NCBI GenBank assembly: GCA_964016885.1
Contig: OZ024743.1
Span: 98,704,001-98,768,000, forward strand
Length of the DNA stretch: 64,000 nt
Reading direction: 5' to 3'
Source of the DNA: Eledone cirrhosa
Taxonomy: Eukaryota
Shown: positions 1 through 10,789 of the stretch, piece after piece
How positions within the stretch are numbered: position 1 is the first letter of the stretch
Layout of the letters: every line of letters starts with the position of its first letter
The notes under the pieces: model-generated
Told to the model about the DNA's origin: nothing
Databases searched by the model: none
The model's input: the letters and a program-made list of their open reading frames with translations, nothing else
Made by a program: the position numbers and the translations under genes

Positions 1-296
1 CATTTTTCTGCTAGCATGATTCCTACTCCACCCAGCCCATTGTCATTTCCCACCCAGAAAAGCTTATAGCATCGTTTTTTACCCACAATGAATCTAGCAG
101 ACCCACCCCTCCACCTGGTCTCTTGAATACAGCAAACATCAACCTCCTTACGTTCAAGCATTTCTACAACCTCGTTAGAGCGACCTTTTAAGGTGCCTAC
201 ATTCATGGTACTAACTCTGAAGTTTTGGATTGCGTTTGGTGGGTGGGAATGGTGGGGCACAGGGAGGGGTGAGGGAGATGGGGTTAAGTTAGCCAT
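1..296 (-). mobile_element. 5' part of an RTE-clade LINE ORF (APE endonuclease N-terminus), running off the window edge
   Basis: Manual minus-strand translation from ATG at 296: MANLTPSPSPLPVPHHSHPPNAIQNFRVSTMNVGTLKGRSNEVVEMLERKEVDVCCIQETRWRGGSARFIVGKKRCYKLFWVGNDNGLGGVGIMLAEK. It has APE motifs (NV, QET, GVGI) and aligns by eye with the LINE at 10981. There is no stop in the visible part. Confidence 0.88.
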
Positions 297-345
297 CCGC
301 GGCCGAAATAAAGAAGAGGAGTCCTTGCATATATATATATAAATA

Positions 346-1623
346 TGTAGGGTGAGTCATAAGTAACTAGGCAGTCAAACATTTATATTTCAAATGAAAA
401 TATTTACTAAAATTCTGGTCATACAGTCGTCATCATCATCATCACCGTTTTACATCCGTTCTTTCACGCTAGCATGGGTTAGACGGTCAGTAGGAAATTA
501 TAATTACATCAAACAAAAGTAGTTAAAAAAATATAATTAAAAGCTGACTCGATTCCTCAATATATTTTGAAGCTCTGTCTAGAACAGAATAACATACATG
601 TTGACACATGTTCACATTGATTCCTGCACAAGAATTCACTATCCTTGCTTTAAGCTGCTGAACACTTCTTGGGTTTTCAGAATAGACTGAATTCTTCAGT
701 ATACCTAAAAAAAAAAGTCAACAGGTGTCAGATCAGGAGAACAGGGAAGAGATTTGATAGGACCTTGGCATCTGATCCATCTGCATGGGAACTGTTCATG
801 AAGCCAGTTGCATGCAAGAATGCTGTAATGAGGAGGTGCACCATCTTCCTGGAATCACATCTCATGAGAGCATGTGACCATTTCATAAAACTTGATAGTA
901 AATCATTGTTGAGCATTGCTAAACAGTTGTTACCCATCACAGTTCCTGATCAGACCTGAAGTATAAATCCTGATTGACACCGATAGTGTTGACTTCCTTC
1001 TTGAGGATTAGATGTGGATTTTCACTTGCCCAGTAAATAGAATTATGTTAGTTGACTTGGCCATTCAATTTAAAAGTTGCCTCATTACACCAAATGATCT
1101 TTTCTGGGACAGTGACATCCTCCATACAGAGTTGCTGGAATACCTGACAAAACTCCATACGGCAGTCATAATCATCTTCATTCAACGAGTGGAGTGCAGA
1201 CGATACGGTCTTAGCATTGTGTAACATTTTTATAATTGATCTTTGTGAGATACCAATTTCTTGTGAAGCTCGTCTAGTTGACTTTCATGGACTACAAGCA
1301 AAAGTAACTTTAAAAATCTGCTTGTTTTCAAAGGTACAAACATACCTTGGTCTTCCTGTTCTTAGAAGATCTTCACATGCACCTGTTGATTCAAAGCACT
1401 GAATGAGACTGGATATTTTACAGACTGTTCAAAGTTTCTTGGAATTGACGACATGTCTCACTCTTATTGAACATTTGGTAAAAATCTTTTTACAATGAAA
1501 ACATGGAATAGAAAATGTACAAAGTATTACTGATCATACAAATAAGTGGATGTTGAAAATGTTATCTGTGGACCTTGCAATAAAAATGCACTCATGGCTC
1601 AGTTACTCATGACTCATCCCATG
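346..1623 (-). mobile_element. Degenerate Tc1/mariner-superfamily DNA transposon (DD41D type) with TIRs
   Basis: TIRs tagggtgagtcataagtaact (348-368) and agttactcatgactcatccca (1601-1621), with TA just outside. Broken minus-strand frames read [45 protein letters not shown] and *FQEDGAPPHY...RWIRCQGPIKSLPCSPDLTPVDFFF. I count 41 residues between the second and third catalytic D. Stops and frameshifts are present. Confidence 0.85.
428..488 (-). mobile_element. Short 5'-truncated RTE-type LINE/SINE 3' tail nested in the transposon
   Basis: (CAT)n followed by ccgttttacatccgttctttcacgctagcatgggttagacgg. Same layout as the tail at 14142-14204 ((CAT)n-tttacgtccgcttttccctgcttgcaagggtgggatggg). Confidence 0.6.
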
Positions 1624-1624
1624 T

Positions 1625-1766
<142 letters not shown>

Positions 1767-2024
1767 ATATATAAGAAAAGTCAACAAAAAAATAACACAG
1801 GAGATGACATTAGTTTAATGCTTGATAAATATAGTAGGATAAGACCCTAAACATTTGAGATGCTAGTCCTTCATCAGAAAAAGAATGAGAGAAGAGAGAC
1901 TGTTTGGGAGAGAGAAGAAGAAATAGGAAGACAGACAAGAATAAGAAATGAAAGATAAGGAAAAGATAGGAGAGAAAGAACATATGGTTAATTAGCTATC
2001 TTGAAAATACACACACACTCAGCT

Positions 2025-2205
<181 letters not shown>

Positions 2206-2393
2206 GATAATTTAATATATCAACTAACATAAGCGCACAGATGCACGCCCATGCCAGCAAATACACAGGTTATGTCATAGTACCTAGGTGGTTCAATGCA
2301 GGAGAATGCAGAACAATAATATAAAGGACGTAAAATAAGAAAATATTTTTTTAAAAAAAATTTAAAAAAAATTTTTTTCTTACTTAAATTTTC

Positions 2394-2475
2394 ACTCCAA
2401 CTAATTAGTTTCTGCAATGGGATAAAGACAGTTATGTAATCCAACTGTCGAGAATTCATTGCGTCATCAGGAAGT
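2394..2475 (-). ncRNA. Hammerhead ribozyme copy
   Basis: Reverse complement of 5547-5628. Confidence 0.78.
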
Positions 2476-2956
2476 CTATTCTCAGTTAAGTCTCCAGGCA
2501 ATGCGCGGACACTGGCGGCTCATATAAAAATAATAATAATTCGGTAGATCGAACAGCTTGCGAGGACTGGATTCCATGTACCGAAATTCTCACTGCTTCA
2601 AGTCAAATGGCCGATTCTAAAGAATCAATCACGTGACACAGAGGCTAGTTAGAAGGAATGGGATGGTAAGATGACTGACGCCTACTAACACCCCAAAAAA
2701 AAAAAAATTTTTTTAGAAGTGGTTTTGACAAGTTTGCTCGACAAATCAGTGATTTGGAGATAAATATAGATAATTTAATATATCAACTAACATAAGCGCA
2801 CAGATGCACGCCCATGCCAGCAAATACACAGGTTATGTCATAGTACCTAGGTGGTTCAATGCAGGAGAATGCAGAACAATAATATAAAGGACGTAAAATA
2901 AGAAAATATTTTTTTAAAAAAAATTTAAAAAAAATTTTTTTCTTACTTAAATTTTC

Positions 2957-3038
2957 ACTCCAACTAATTAGTTTCTGCAATGGGATAAAGACAGTTATGT
3001 AATCCAACTGTCGAGAATTCATTGCGTCATCAGGAAGT
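2957..3038 (-). ncRNA. Hammerhead ribozyme copy
   Basis: Reverse complement of 5547-5628. Confidence 0.78.
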
Positions 3039-3517
3039 CTATTCTCAGTTAAGTCTCCAGGCAATGCGCGGACACTGGCGGCTCATATAAAAATAATAAT
3101 AATTCGGTAGATCGAACAGCTTGCGAGGACTGGATTCCATGTACCGAAATTCTCACTGCTTCAAGTCAAATGGCCGATTCTAAAGAATCAATCACGTGAC
3201 ACAGAGGCTAGTTAGAAGGAATGGGATGGTAAGATGACTGACGCCTACTAACACCCCAAAAAAAAAAATTTTTTTAGAAGTGGTTTTGACAAGTTTGCTC
3301 GACAAATCAGTGATTTGGAGATAAATATAGATAATTTAATATATCAACTAACATAAGCGCACAGATGCACGCCCATGCCAGCAAATACACAGGTTATGTC
3401 ATAGTACCTAGGTGGTTCAATGCAGGAGAATGCAGAACAATAATATAAAGGACGTAAAATAAGAAAATATTTTTTTAAAAAAAATTAAAAAAAAATTTTT
3501 TTCTTACTTAAATTTTC

Positions 3518-3599
3518 ACTCCAACTAATTAGTTTCTGCAATGGGATAAAGACAGTTATGTAATCCAACTGTCGAGAATTCATTGCGTCATCAGGAAGT
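3518..3599 (-). ncRNA. Hammerhead ribozyme copy
   Basis: Reverse complement of 5547-5628. Confidence 0.78.
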
Positions 3600-4087
3600 C
3601 TATTCTCAGTTAAGTCTCCAGGCAATGCGCGGACACTGGCGGCTCATATAAAAATAATAATAATTCGGTAGATCGAACAGCTTGCGAGGACTGGATTCCA
3701 TGTACCGAAATTCTCACTGCTTCAAGTCAAATGGCCGATTCTAAAGAATCAATCACGTGACACAGAGGCTAGTTAGAAGGAATGGGATGGTAAGATGACT
3801 GACGCCTACTAACACCCCAAAAAAAAAAAAAAAAAAAATTTTTTTAGAAGTGGTTTTGACAAGTTTGCTCGACAAATCAGTGATTTGGAGATAAATATAG
3901 ATAATTTAATATATCAACTAACATAAGCGCACAGATGCACGCCCATGCCAGCAAATACACAGGTTATGTCATAGTACCTAGGTGGTTCAATGCAGGAGAA
4001 TGCAGAACAATAATATAAAGGACGTAAAATAAGAAAATATTTTTTAAAAAAAAATAAAAAAAAAATTTTTTTCTTACTTAAATTTTC

Positions 4088-4169
4088 ACTCCAACTAATT
4101 AGTTTCTGCAATGGGATAAAGACAGTTATGTAATCCAACTGTCGAGAATTCATTGCGTCATCAGGAAGT
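4088..4169 (-). ncRNA. Hammerhead ribozyme copy
   Basis: Reverse complement of 5547-5628. Confidence 0.78.
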
Positions 4170-4652
4170 CTATTCTCAGTTAAGTCTCCAGGCAATGCGC
4201 GGACACTGGCGGCTCATATAAAAATAATAATAATTCGGTAGATCGAACAGCTTGCGAGGACTGGATTCCATGTACCGAAATTCTCACTGCTTCAAGTCAA
4301 ATGGCCGATTCTAAAGAATCAATCACGTGACACAGAGGCTAGTTAGAAGGAATGGGATGGTAAGATGACTGACGCCTACTAACACCCCAAAAAAAAAAAA
4401 AAATTTTTTTAGAAGTGGTTTTGACAAGTTTGCTCGACAAATCAGTGATTTGGAGATAAATATAGATAATTTAATATATCAACTAACATAAGCGCACAGA
4501 TGCACGCCCATGCCAGCAAATACACAGGTTATGTCATAGTACCTAGGTGGTTCAATGCAGGAGAATGCAGAACAATAATATAAAGGACGTAAAATAAGAA
4601 AATATTTTTTTAAAAAAAATTTAAAAAAAATTTTTTTCTTACTTAAATTTTC

Positions 4653-4734
4653 ACTCCAACTAATTAGTTTCTGCAATGGGATAAAGACAGTTATGTAATC
4701 CAACTGTCGAGAATTCATTGCGTCATCAGGAAGT
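4653..4734 (-). ncRNA. Hammerhead ribozyme copy
   Basis: Reverse complement of 5547-5628. Confidence 0.78.
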
Positions 4735-5530
4735 CTATTCTCAGTTAAGTCTCCAGGCAATGCGCGGACACTGGCGGCTCATATAAAAATAATAATAATT
4801 CGGTAGATCGAACAGCTTGCGAGGACTGGATTCCATGTACCGAAATTCTCACTGCTTCAAGTCAAATGGCCGATTCTAAAGAATCAATCACGTGACACAG
4901 AGGCTAGTTAGAAGGAATGGGATGGTAAGATGACTGACGCCTACTAACACCCCCAAAAAAAAAAAATTTTTTTAGAAGTGGTTTTGACAAGTTTGCTCGA
5001 CAAATCAGTGATTTGGAGATAAATATAGATAATTTAATATATCAACTAACATAAGCGCACAGATGCACGCCCATGCCAGCAAATACACAGGTTATGTCAT
5101 AGTACCTAGGTGGTTCAATGCAGGAGAATGCAGAACAATAATATAAAGGACGTAAAATAAGAAAATATTTTTTTAAAAAAAATTAAAAAAAAATTTTTTT
5201 CTTACTTAAATTTTCACTCCAACTAATTAGTTTCTGCAATGGGATAAAGACAGTTATGTAATCCAAATCACTGATTTGTCGAGCAAACTTGTCAAAACCA
5301 CTTCTAAAAAAATTTTTTTTTTTTTTTGGGGTGTTAGTAGGCGTCAGTCATCTTACCATCCCATTCCTTCTAACTAGCCTCTGTGTCACGTGATTGATTC
5401 TTTAGAATCGGCCATTTGACTTGAAGCAGTGAGAATTTCGGTACATGGAATCCAGTCCTCGCAAGCTGTTCGATCTACCGAATTATTATTATTTTTATAT
5501 GAGCCGCCAGTGTCCGCGCATTGCCTGGAG

Positions 5531-5640
5531 ACTTAACTGAGAATAGACTTCCTGATGACGCAATGAATTCTCGACAGTTGGATTACATAACTGTCTTTAT
5601 CCCATTGCAGAAACTAATTAGTTGGAGTGAAAATTTAAGT
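5531..5640 (+). ncRNA. Type I hammerhead ribozyme (representative copy, one per array unit)
   Basis: Stem I acttc 5547-51 pairs with ggagt 5624-28; distal stem I acttaa 5531-36 pairs with ttaagt 5635-40. Core CTGATGA 5552-58. Stem II gcaatg 5560-65 pairs with cattgc 5603-08, plus inner gacagtt 5573-79 with aactgtc 5589-95. GAAA 5610-13. Palindromic stem III aactaattagtt. GUU cleavage predicted after 5623. The 10.1/11.1 pair is a non-canonical C-A. Confidence 0.8.
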
Positions 5641-6114
5641 AAGAAAAAAATTTTTTTTAAATTTTTTTTAAAAAAATATTTTCTTATTTTACGTCCTTTA
5701 TATTATTGTTCTGCATTCTCCTGCATTGAACCACCTAGGTACTATGACATAACCTGTGTATTTGCTGGCATGGGCGTGCATCTGTGCGCTTATGTTAGTT
5801 GATATATTAAATTATCTATATTTATCTCCAAATCACTGATTTGTCGAGCAAACTTGTCAAAACCACTTCTAAAAAAATTTTTTTTTTTTTTTTTTGGGGT
5901 GTTAGTAGGCGTCAGTCATCTTACCATCCCATTCCTTCTAACTAGCCTCTGTGTCACGTGATTGATTCTTTAGAATCGGCCATTTGACTTGAAGCAGTGA
6001 GAATTTCGGTACATGGAATCCAGTCCTCGCAAGCTGTTCGATCTACCGAATTATTATTATTTTTATATGAGCCGCCAGTGTCCGCGCATTGCCTGGAGAC
6101 TTAACTGAGAATAG

Positions 6115-6196
6115 ACTTCCTGATGACGCAATGAATTCTCGACAGTTGGATTACATAACTGTCTTTATCCCATTGCAGAAACTAATTAGTTGGAGT
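6115..6196 (+). ncRNA. Hammerhead ribozyme copy
   Basis: Same sequence as 5547-5628. Confidence 0.78.
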
Positions 6197-6677
6197 GAAA
6201 ATTTAAGTAAGAAAAAAATTTTTTTTAAATTTTTAAAAAAAAAATATTTTCTTATTTTACGTCCTTTATATTATTGTTCTGCATTCTCCTGCATTGAACC
6301 ACCTAGGTACTATGACATAACCTGTGTATTTGCTGGCATGGGCGTGCATCTGTGCGCTTATGTTAGTTGATATATTAAATTATCTATATTTATCTCCAAA
6401 TCACTGATTTGTCGAGCAAACTTGTCAAAACCACTTCTAAAAAAATTTTTTTTTTTTTGGGGTGTTAGTAGGCGTCAGTCATCTTACCATCCCATTCCTT
6501 CTAACTAGCCTCTGTGTCACGTGATTGATTCTTTAGAATCGGCCATTTGACTTGAAGCAGTGAGAATTTCGGTACATGGAATCCAGTCCTCGCAAGCTGT
6601 TCGATCTACCGAATTATTATTATTTTTATATGAGCCGCCAGTGTCCGCGCATTGCCTGGAGACTTAACTGAGAATAG

Positions 6678-6759
6678 ACTTCCTGATGACGCAATGAATT
6701 CTCGACAGTTGGATTACATAACTGTCTTTATCCCATTGCAGAAACTAATTAGTTGGAGT
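6678..6759 (+). ncRNA. Hammerhead ribozyme copy
   Basis: Same sequence as 5547-5628. Confidence 0.78.
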
Positions 6760-7240
6760 GAAAATTTAAGTAAGAAAAAAATTTTTTTTAAATTTTTTTT
6801 AAAAAAATATTTTCTTATTTTACGTCCTTTATATTATTGTTCTGCATTCTCCTGCATTGAACCACCTAGGTACTATGACATAACCTGTGTATTTGCTGGC
6901 ATGGGCGTGCATCTGTGCGCTTATGTTAGTTGATATATTAAATTATCTATATTTATCTCCAAATCACTGATTTGTCGAGCAAACTTGTCAAAACCACTTC
7001 TAAAAAAATTTTTTTTTTTTTGGGGTGTTAGTAGGCGTCAGTCATCTTACCATCCCATTCCTTCTAACTAGCCTCTGTGTCACGTGATTGATTCTTTAGA
7101 ATCGGCCATTTGACTTGAAGCAGTGAGAATTTCGGTACATGGAATCCAGTCCTCGCAAGCTGTTCGATCTACCGAATTATTATTATTTTTATATGAGCCG
7201 CCAGTGTCCGCGCATTGCCTGGAGACTTAACTGAGAATAG

Positions 7241-7322
7241 ACTTCCTGATGACGCAATGAATTCTCGACAGTTGGATTACATAACTGTCTTTATCCCATT
7301 GCAGAAACTAATTAGTTGGAGT
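7241..7322 (+). ncRNA. Hammerhead ribozyme copy
   Basis: Same sequence as 5547-5628. Confidence 0.78.
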
Positions 7323-7808
7323 GAAAATTTAAGTAAGAAAAAAATTTTTTTTAAATTTTTTAAAAAAAAATATTTTCTTATTTTACGTCCTTTATATTAT
7401 TGTTCTGCATTCTCCTGCATTGAACCACCTAGGTACTATGACATAACCTGTGTATTTGCTGGCATGGGCGTGCATCTGTGCGCTTATGTTAGTTGATATA
7501 TTAAATTATCTATATTTATCTCCAAATCACTGATTTGTCGAGCAAACTTGTCAAAACCACTTCTAAAAAAATTTTTTTTTTTTTTTTTTGGGGTGTTAGT
7601 AGGCGTCAGTCATCTTACCATCCCATTCCTTCTAACTAGCCTCTGTGTCACGTGATTGATTCTTTAGAATCGGCCATTTGACTTGAAGCAGTGAGAATTT
7701 CGGTACATGGAATCCAGTCCTCGCAAGCTGTTCGATCTACCGAATTATTATTATTTTTATATGAGCCGCCAGTGTCCGCGCATTGCCTGGAGACTTAACT
7801 GAGAATAG

Positions 7809-7890
7809 ACTTCCTGATGACGCAATGAATTCTCGACAGTTGGATTACATAACTGTCTTTATCCCATTGCAGAAACTAATTAGTTGGAGT
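7809..7890 (+). ncRNA. Hammerhead ribozyme copy
   Basis: Same sequence as 5547-5628. Confidence 0.78.
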
Positions 7891-8372
7891 GAAAATTTAA
7901 GTAAGAAAAAAATTTTTTTTAAATTTTTTTTAAAAAAATATTTTCTTATTTTACGTCCTTTATATTATTGTTCTGCATTCTCCTGCATTGAACCACCTAG
8001 GTACTATGACATAACCTGTGTATTTGCTGGCATGGGCGTGCATCTGTGCGCTTATGTTAGTTGATATATTAAATTATCTATATTTATCTCCAAATCACTG
8101 ATTTGTCGAGCAAACTTGTCAAAACCACTTCTAAAAAAATTTTTTTTTTTTTTGGGGTGTTAGTAGGCGTCAGTCATCTTACCATCCCATTCCTTCTAAC
8201 TAGCCTCTGTGTCACGTGATTGATTCTTTAGAATCGGCCATTTGACTTGAAGCAGTGAGAATTTCGGTACATGGAATCCAGTCCTCGCAAGCTGTTCGAT
8301 CTACCGAATTATTATTATTTTTATATGAGCCGCCAGTGTCCGCGCATTGCCTGGAGACTTAACTGAGAATAG

Positions 8373-8454
8373 ACTTCCTGATGACGCAATGAATTCTCGA
8401 CAGTTGGATTACATAACTGTCTTTATCCCATTGCAGAAACTAATTAGTTGGAGT
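8373..8454 (+). ncRNA. Hammerhead ribozyme copy
   Basis: Same sequence as 5547-5628. Confidence 0.78.
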
Positions 8455-8937
8455 GAAAATTTAAGTAAGAAAAAAATTTTTTTTAAATTTTAAAAAAAAA
8501 AATATTTTCTTATTTTACGTCCTTTATATTATTGTTCTGCATTCTCCTGCATTGAACCACCTAGGTACTATGACATAACCTGTGTATTTGCTGGCATGGG
8601 CGTGCATCTGTGCGCTTATGTTAGTTGATATATTAAATTATCTATATTTATCTCCAAATCACTGATTTGTCGAGCAAACTTGTCAAAACCACTTCTAAAA
8701 AAATTTTTTTTTTTTTTTGGGGTGTTAGTAGGCGTCAGTCATCTTACCATCCCATTCCTTCTAACTAGCCTCTGTGTCACGTGATTGATTCTTTAGAATC
8801 GGCCATTTGACTTGAAGCAGTGAGAATTTCGGTACATGGAATCCAGTCCTCGCAAGCTGTTCGATCTACCGAATTATTATTATTTTTATATGAGCCGCCA
8901 GTGTCCGCGCATTGCCTGGAGACTTAACTGAGAATAG

Positions 8938-9019
8938 ACTTCCTGATGACGCAATGAATTCTCGACAGTTGGATTACATAACTGTCTTTATCCCATTGCA
9001 GAAACTAATTAGTTGGAGT
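8938..9019 (+). ncRNA. Hammerhead ribozyme copy
   Basis: Same sequence as 5547-5628. Confidence 0.78.
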
Positions 9020-9089
9020 GAAAATTTAAGTAAGAAAAAAATTTTTTTTAAATTTTTTTTAAAAAAATATTTTCTTATTTTACGTCCTT

Positions 9090-9111
9090 TATATATATAT
9101 ATATATGTATA

Positions 9112-9170
<59 letters not shown>
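9090..9170. repeat. (TA)n microsatellite between the two ribozyme elements
   Basis: Direct reading. Confidence 0.97.
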
Positions 9171-9173
<3 letters not shown>

Positions 9174-9197
9174 ATCAAAAGATGGTTAAAGGAGTTC

Positions 9198-9282
9198 CAT
9201 GTATTTTATTATGCGCATTTCAAAAACAAATATCATCATGCAATAATATTTGTGTTTTCATCAGATAAAACAGGAGAACATG
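9198..9282 (-). ncRNA. Type I hammerhead ribozyme, second family, inverted copy
   Basis: Reverse complement of 9343-9427 (core-containing part 9204-9270). Confidence 0.86.
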
Positions 9283-9342
9283 ATATGAAGGCTAAAAAAC
9301 ACTTGTGGATAGTGCAGTTTTAAATCAACATAGCCTTCATAT

Positions 9343-9427
9343 CATGTTCTCCTGTTTTATCTGATGAAAACACAAATATTATTGCATGATGATATTTGTT
9401 TTTGAAATGCGCATAATAAAATACATG
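9343..9427 (+). ncRNA. Type I hammerhead ribozyme, second family
   Basis: Stem I ttttat 9355-60 pairs with ataaaa 9416-21; distal catgt 9343-47 pairs with acatg 9423-27. CTGATGA 9361-67. Stem II aaacacaaatatt 9368-80 pairs with gatatttgttttt 9391-9403. GAAA 9404-07. Palindromic stem III atgcgcat. AUA cleavage predicted after 9415. Confidence 0.88.
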
Positions 9428-9841
9428 GAACTCCTTTAACCATCTTTTGATCTTATATATTATGTATACTCCAGTCCTACAAACTGTAGAGTGCTTCTTA
9501 TCCGATATCTGCATTGCTTTATTGTACTACAATAAAACTCACCTCCTACATTATATATATATATATATATATACGAGTTAACATACATACTAGATGTATC
9601 AGCATGTAGTATCTGAATATATTATATATGTATAAGTAAATATATGGAGCATATATGATTGAATGTAGAGACCTAACTAGATATATCACAAATATTAGAA
9701 TACTTTGAAAATTAATTTCCCTCTGAGGTAAGTGTAACCAACGTACCATTAATTGTGTTTCATTCAAATTATCAAAAGACATACATATATCAAAAGATAT
9801 ACATATATATACATATACATATATATATACATATATATATT

Positions 9842-10480
9842 CTACAACTACAACAGCGACAACAACAACAACAACAGCAACAACACCATTGTCTGTGTCG
9901 AATGTGTGTGTATGTATGTATTTATATATATGCGACTACAATAACAGCATCAACACCATTGTCTACAGCATCAAGTGAAATGAAGAACAACAACAACAGC
10001 AGCAACAACAACAGCAACTACAATAACGACAGCAACAACAACTGCCACCACCATCACTGACCATCCACCACCACCACCATCACCATACTGACACCATCCA
10101 TCACCTTAATCACCACCACTGGCGCCATCCACCACCACCGCCATCCACCACCACAACCACCACCATCACCACCACCGCCATCACCACCATCCACCGACAC
10201 CATCCACCACCTTCACCACCACCACTACTACCACCACCACCACCATCACTAGCACTATCCACCACCACCACCATCGCCACCATCAGTCACCATCCACCAC
10301 CACCACCATCACCATCACTGACACCATCCACCACCACCACCACCATCACTGACACCATCCACCACCATCACCATGACTGACACCATCCACCACCACCATC
10401 ACTGACACCATCCACCACCACCACCATCACTGGCACCATCCACCATCATCACCACCACCATTCACCACCACCACCACCAT
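9842..10480. repeat. Low-complexity (CAA/CAG)n grading into (CAC/CAT)n with recurring catcactgacaccatccaccaccac units
   Basis: Direct reading. Confidence 0.9.
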
Positions 10481-10789
10481 TACCAACGTAAAGCAAACAA
10501 TTATTATATAATGCACTGGGTAATTGCTGGCCTTGTGCCAAACGTAGAAACAATTATTATATAAAAACTGAACTGGACTGGGAAAAGTCAACAGTTGACA
10601 TGATTTTGATTTTGTATCAGTACTGCCGGTAATATATATATATATGTGTGTGTGTGAGTGGTGTGTGTGTTTGTATGCATGAATGAGTGTTGGTGTGTGA
10701 GTGGCGTGTGCGTTTGTAGTTTGTATGCATGAGTGTTGGTGTGTGAGTGTGTGTGTGCGTGTCGTGTCAATAAGTGTTTTTTTTTTATG

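Larger units (their letters stand above)
5262..9094 (+). repeat. Right arm of ~563-bp tandem array (about 6.8 units; ribozyme strand is plus), inverted relative to the left arm
   Basis: Equivalent positions at 5521, 6089, 6652, 7215, 7783, 8347 and 8912 (periods 568, 563, 563, 568, 564, 565). The unit is the reverse complement of the left-arm unit. Confidence 0.97.
9165..9551. mobile_element. Penelope-like pLTR/retrozyme fragment with 130-bp inverted duplication, flanked by (TA)n
   Basis: Apparently perfect inverted repeat 9165-9294 / 9331-9460 with a 36-bp spacer; each arm contains a hammerhead. The plus arm continues to about 9551 and runs into (TA)n at 9552-9573. The Penelope-like assignment is inferred from the hammerhead type and the inversion. 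Confidence 0.7.

Noticed and set aside
2220-9172. Repeated 93-aa ORF (MPGDLTENRL...) as a tandem gene family
   Set aside because: It starts at TTG, runs through A/T homopolymers, is disrupted in some units, overlaps the ribozyme and has no recognisable domain.
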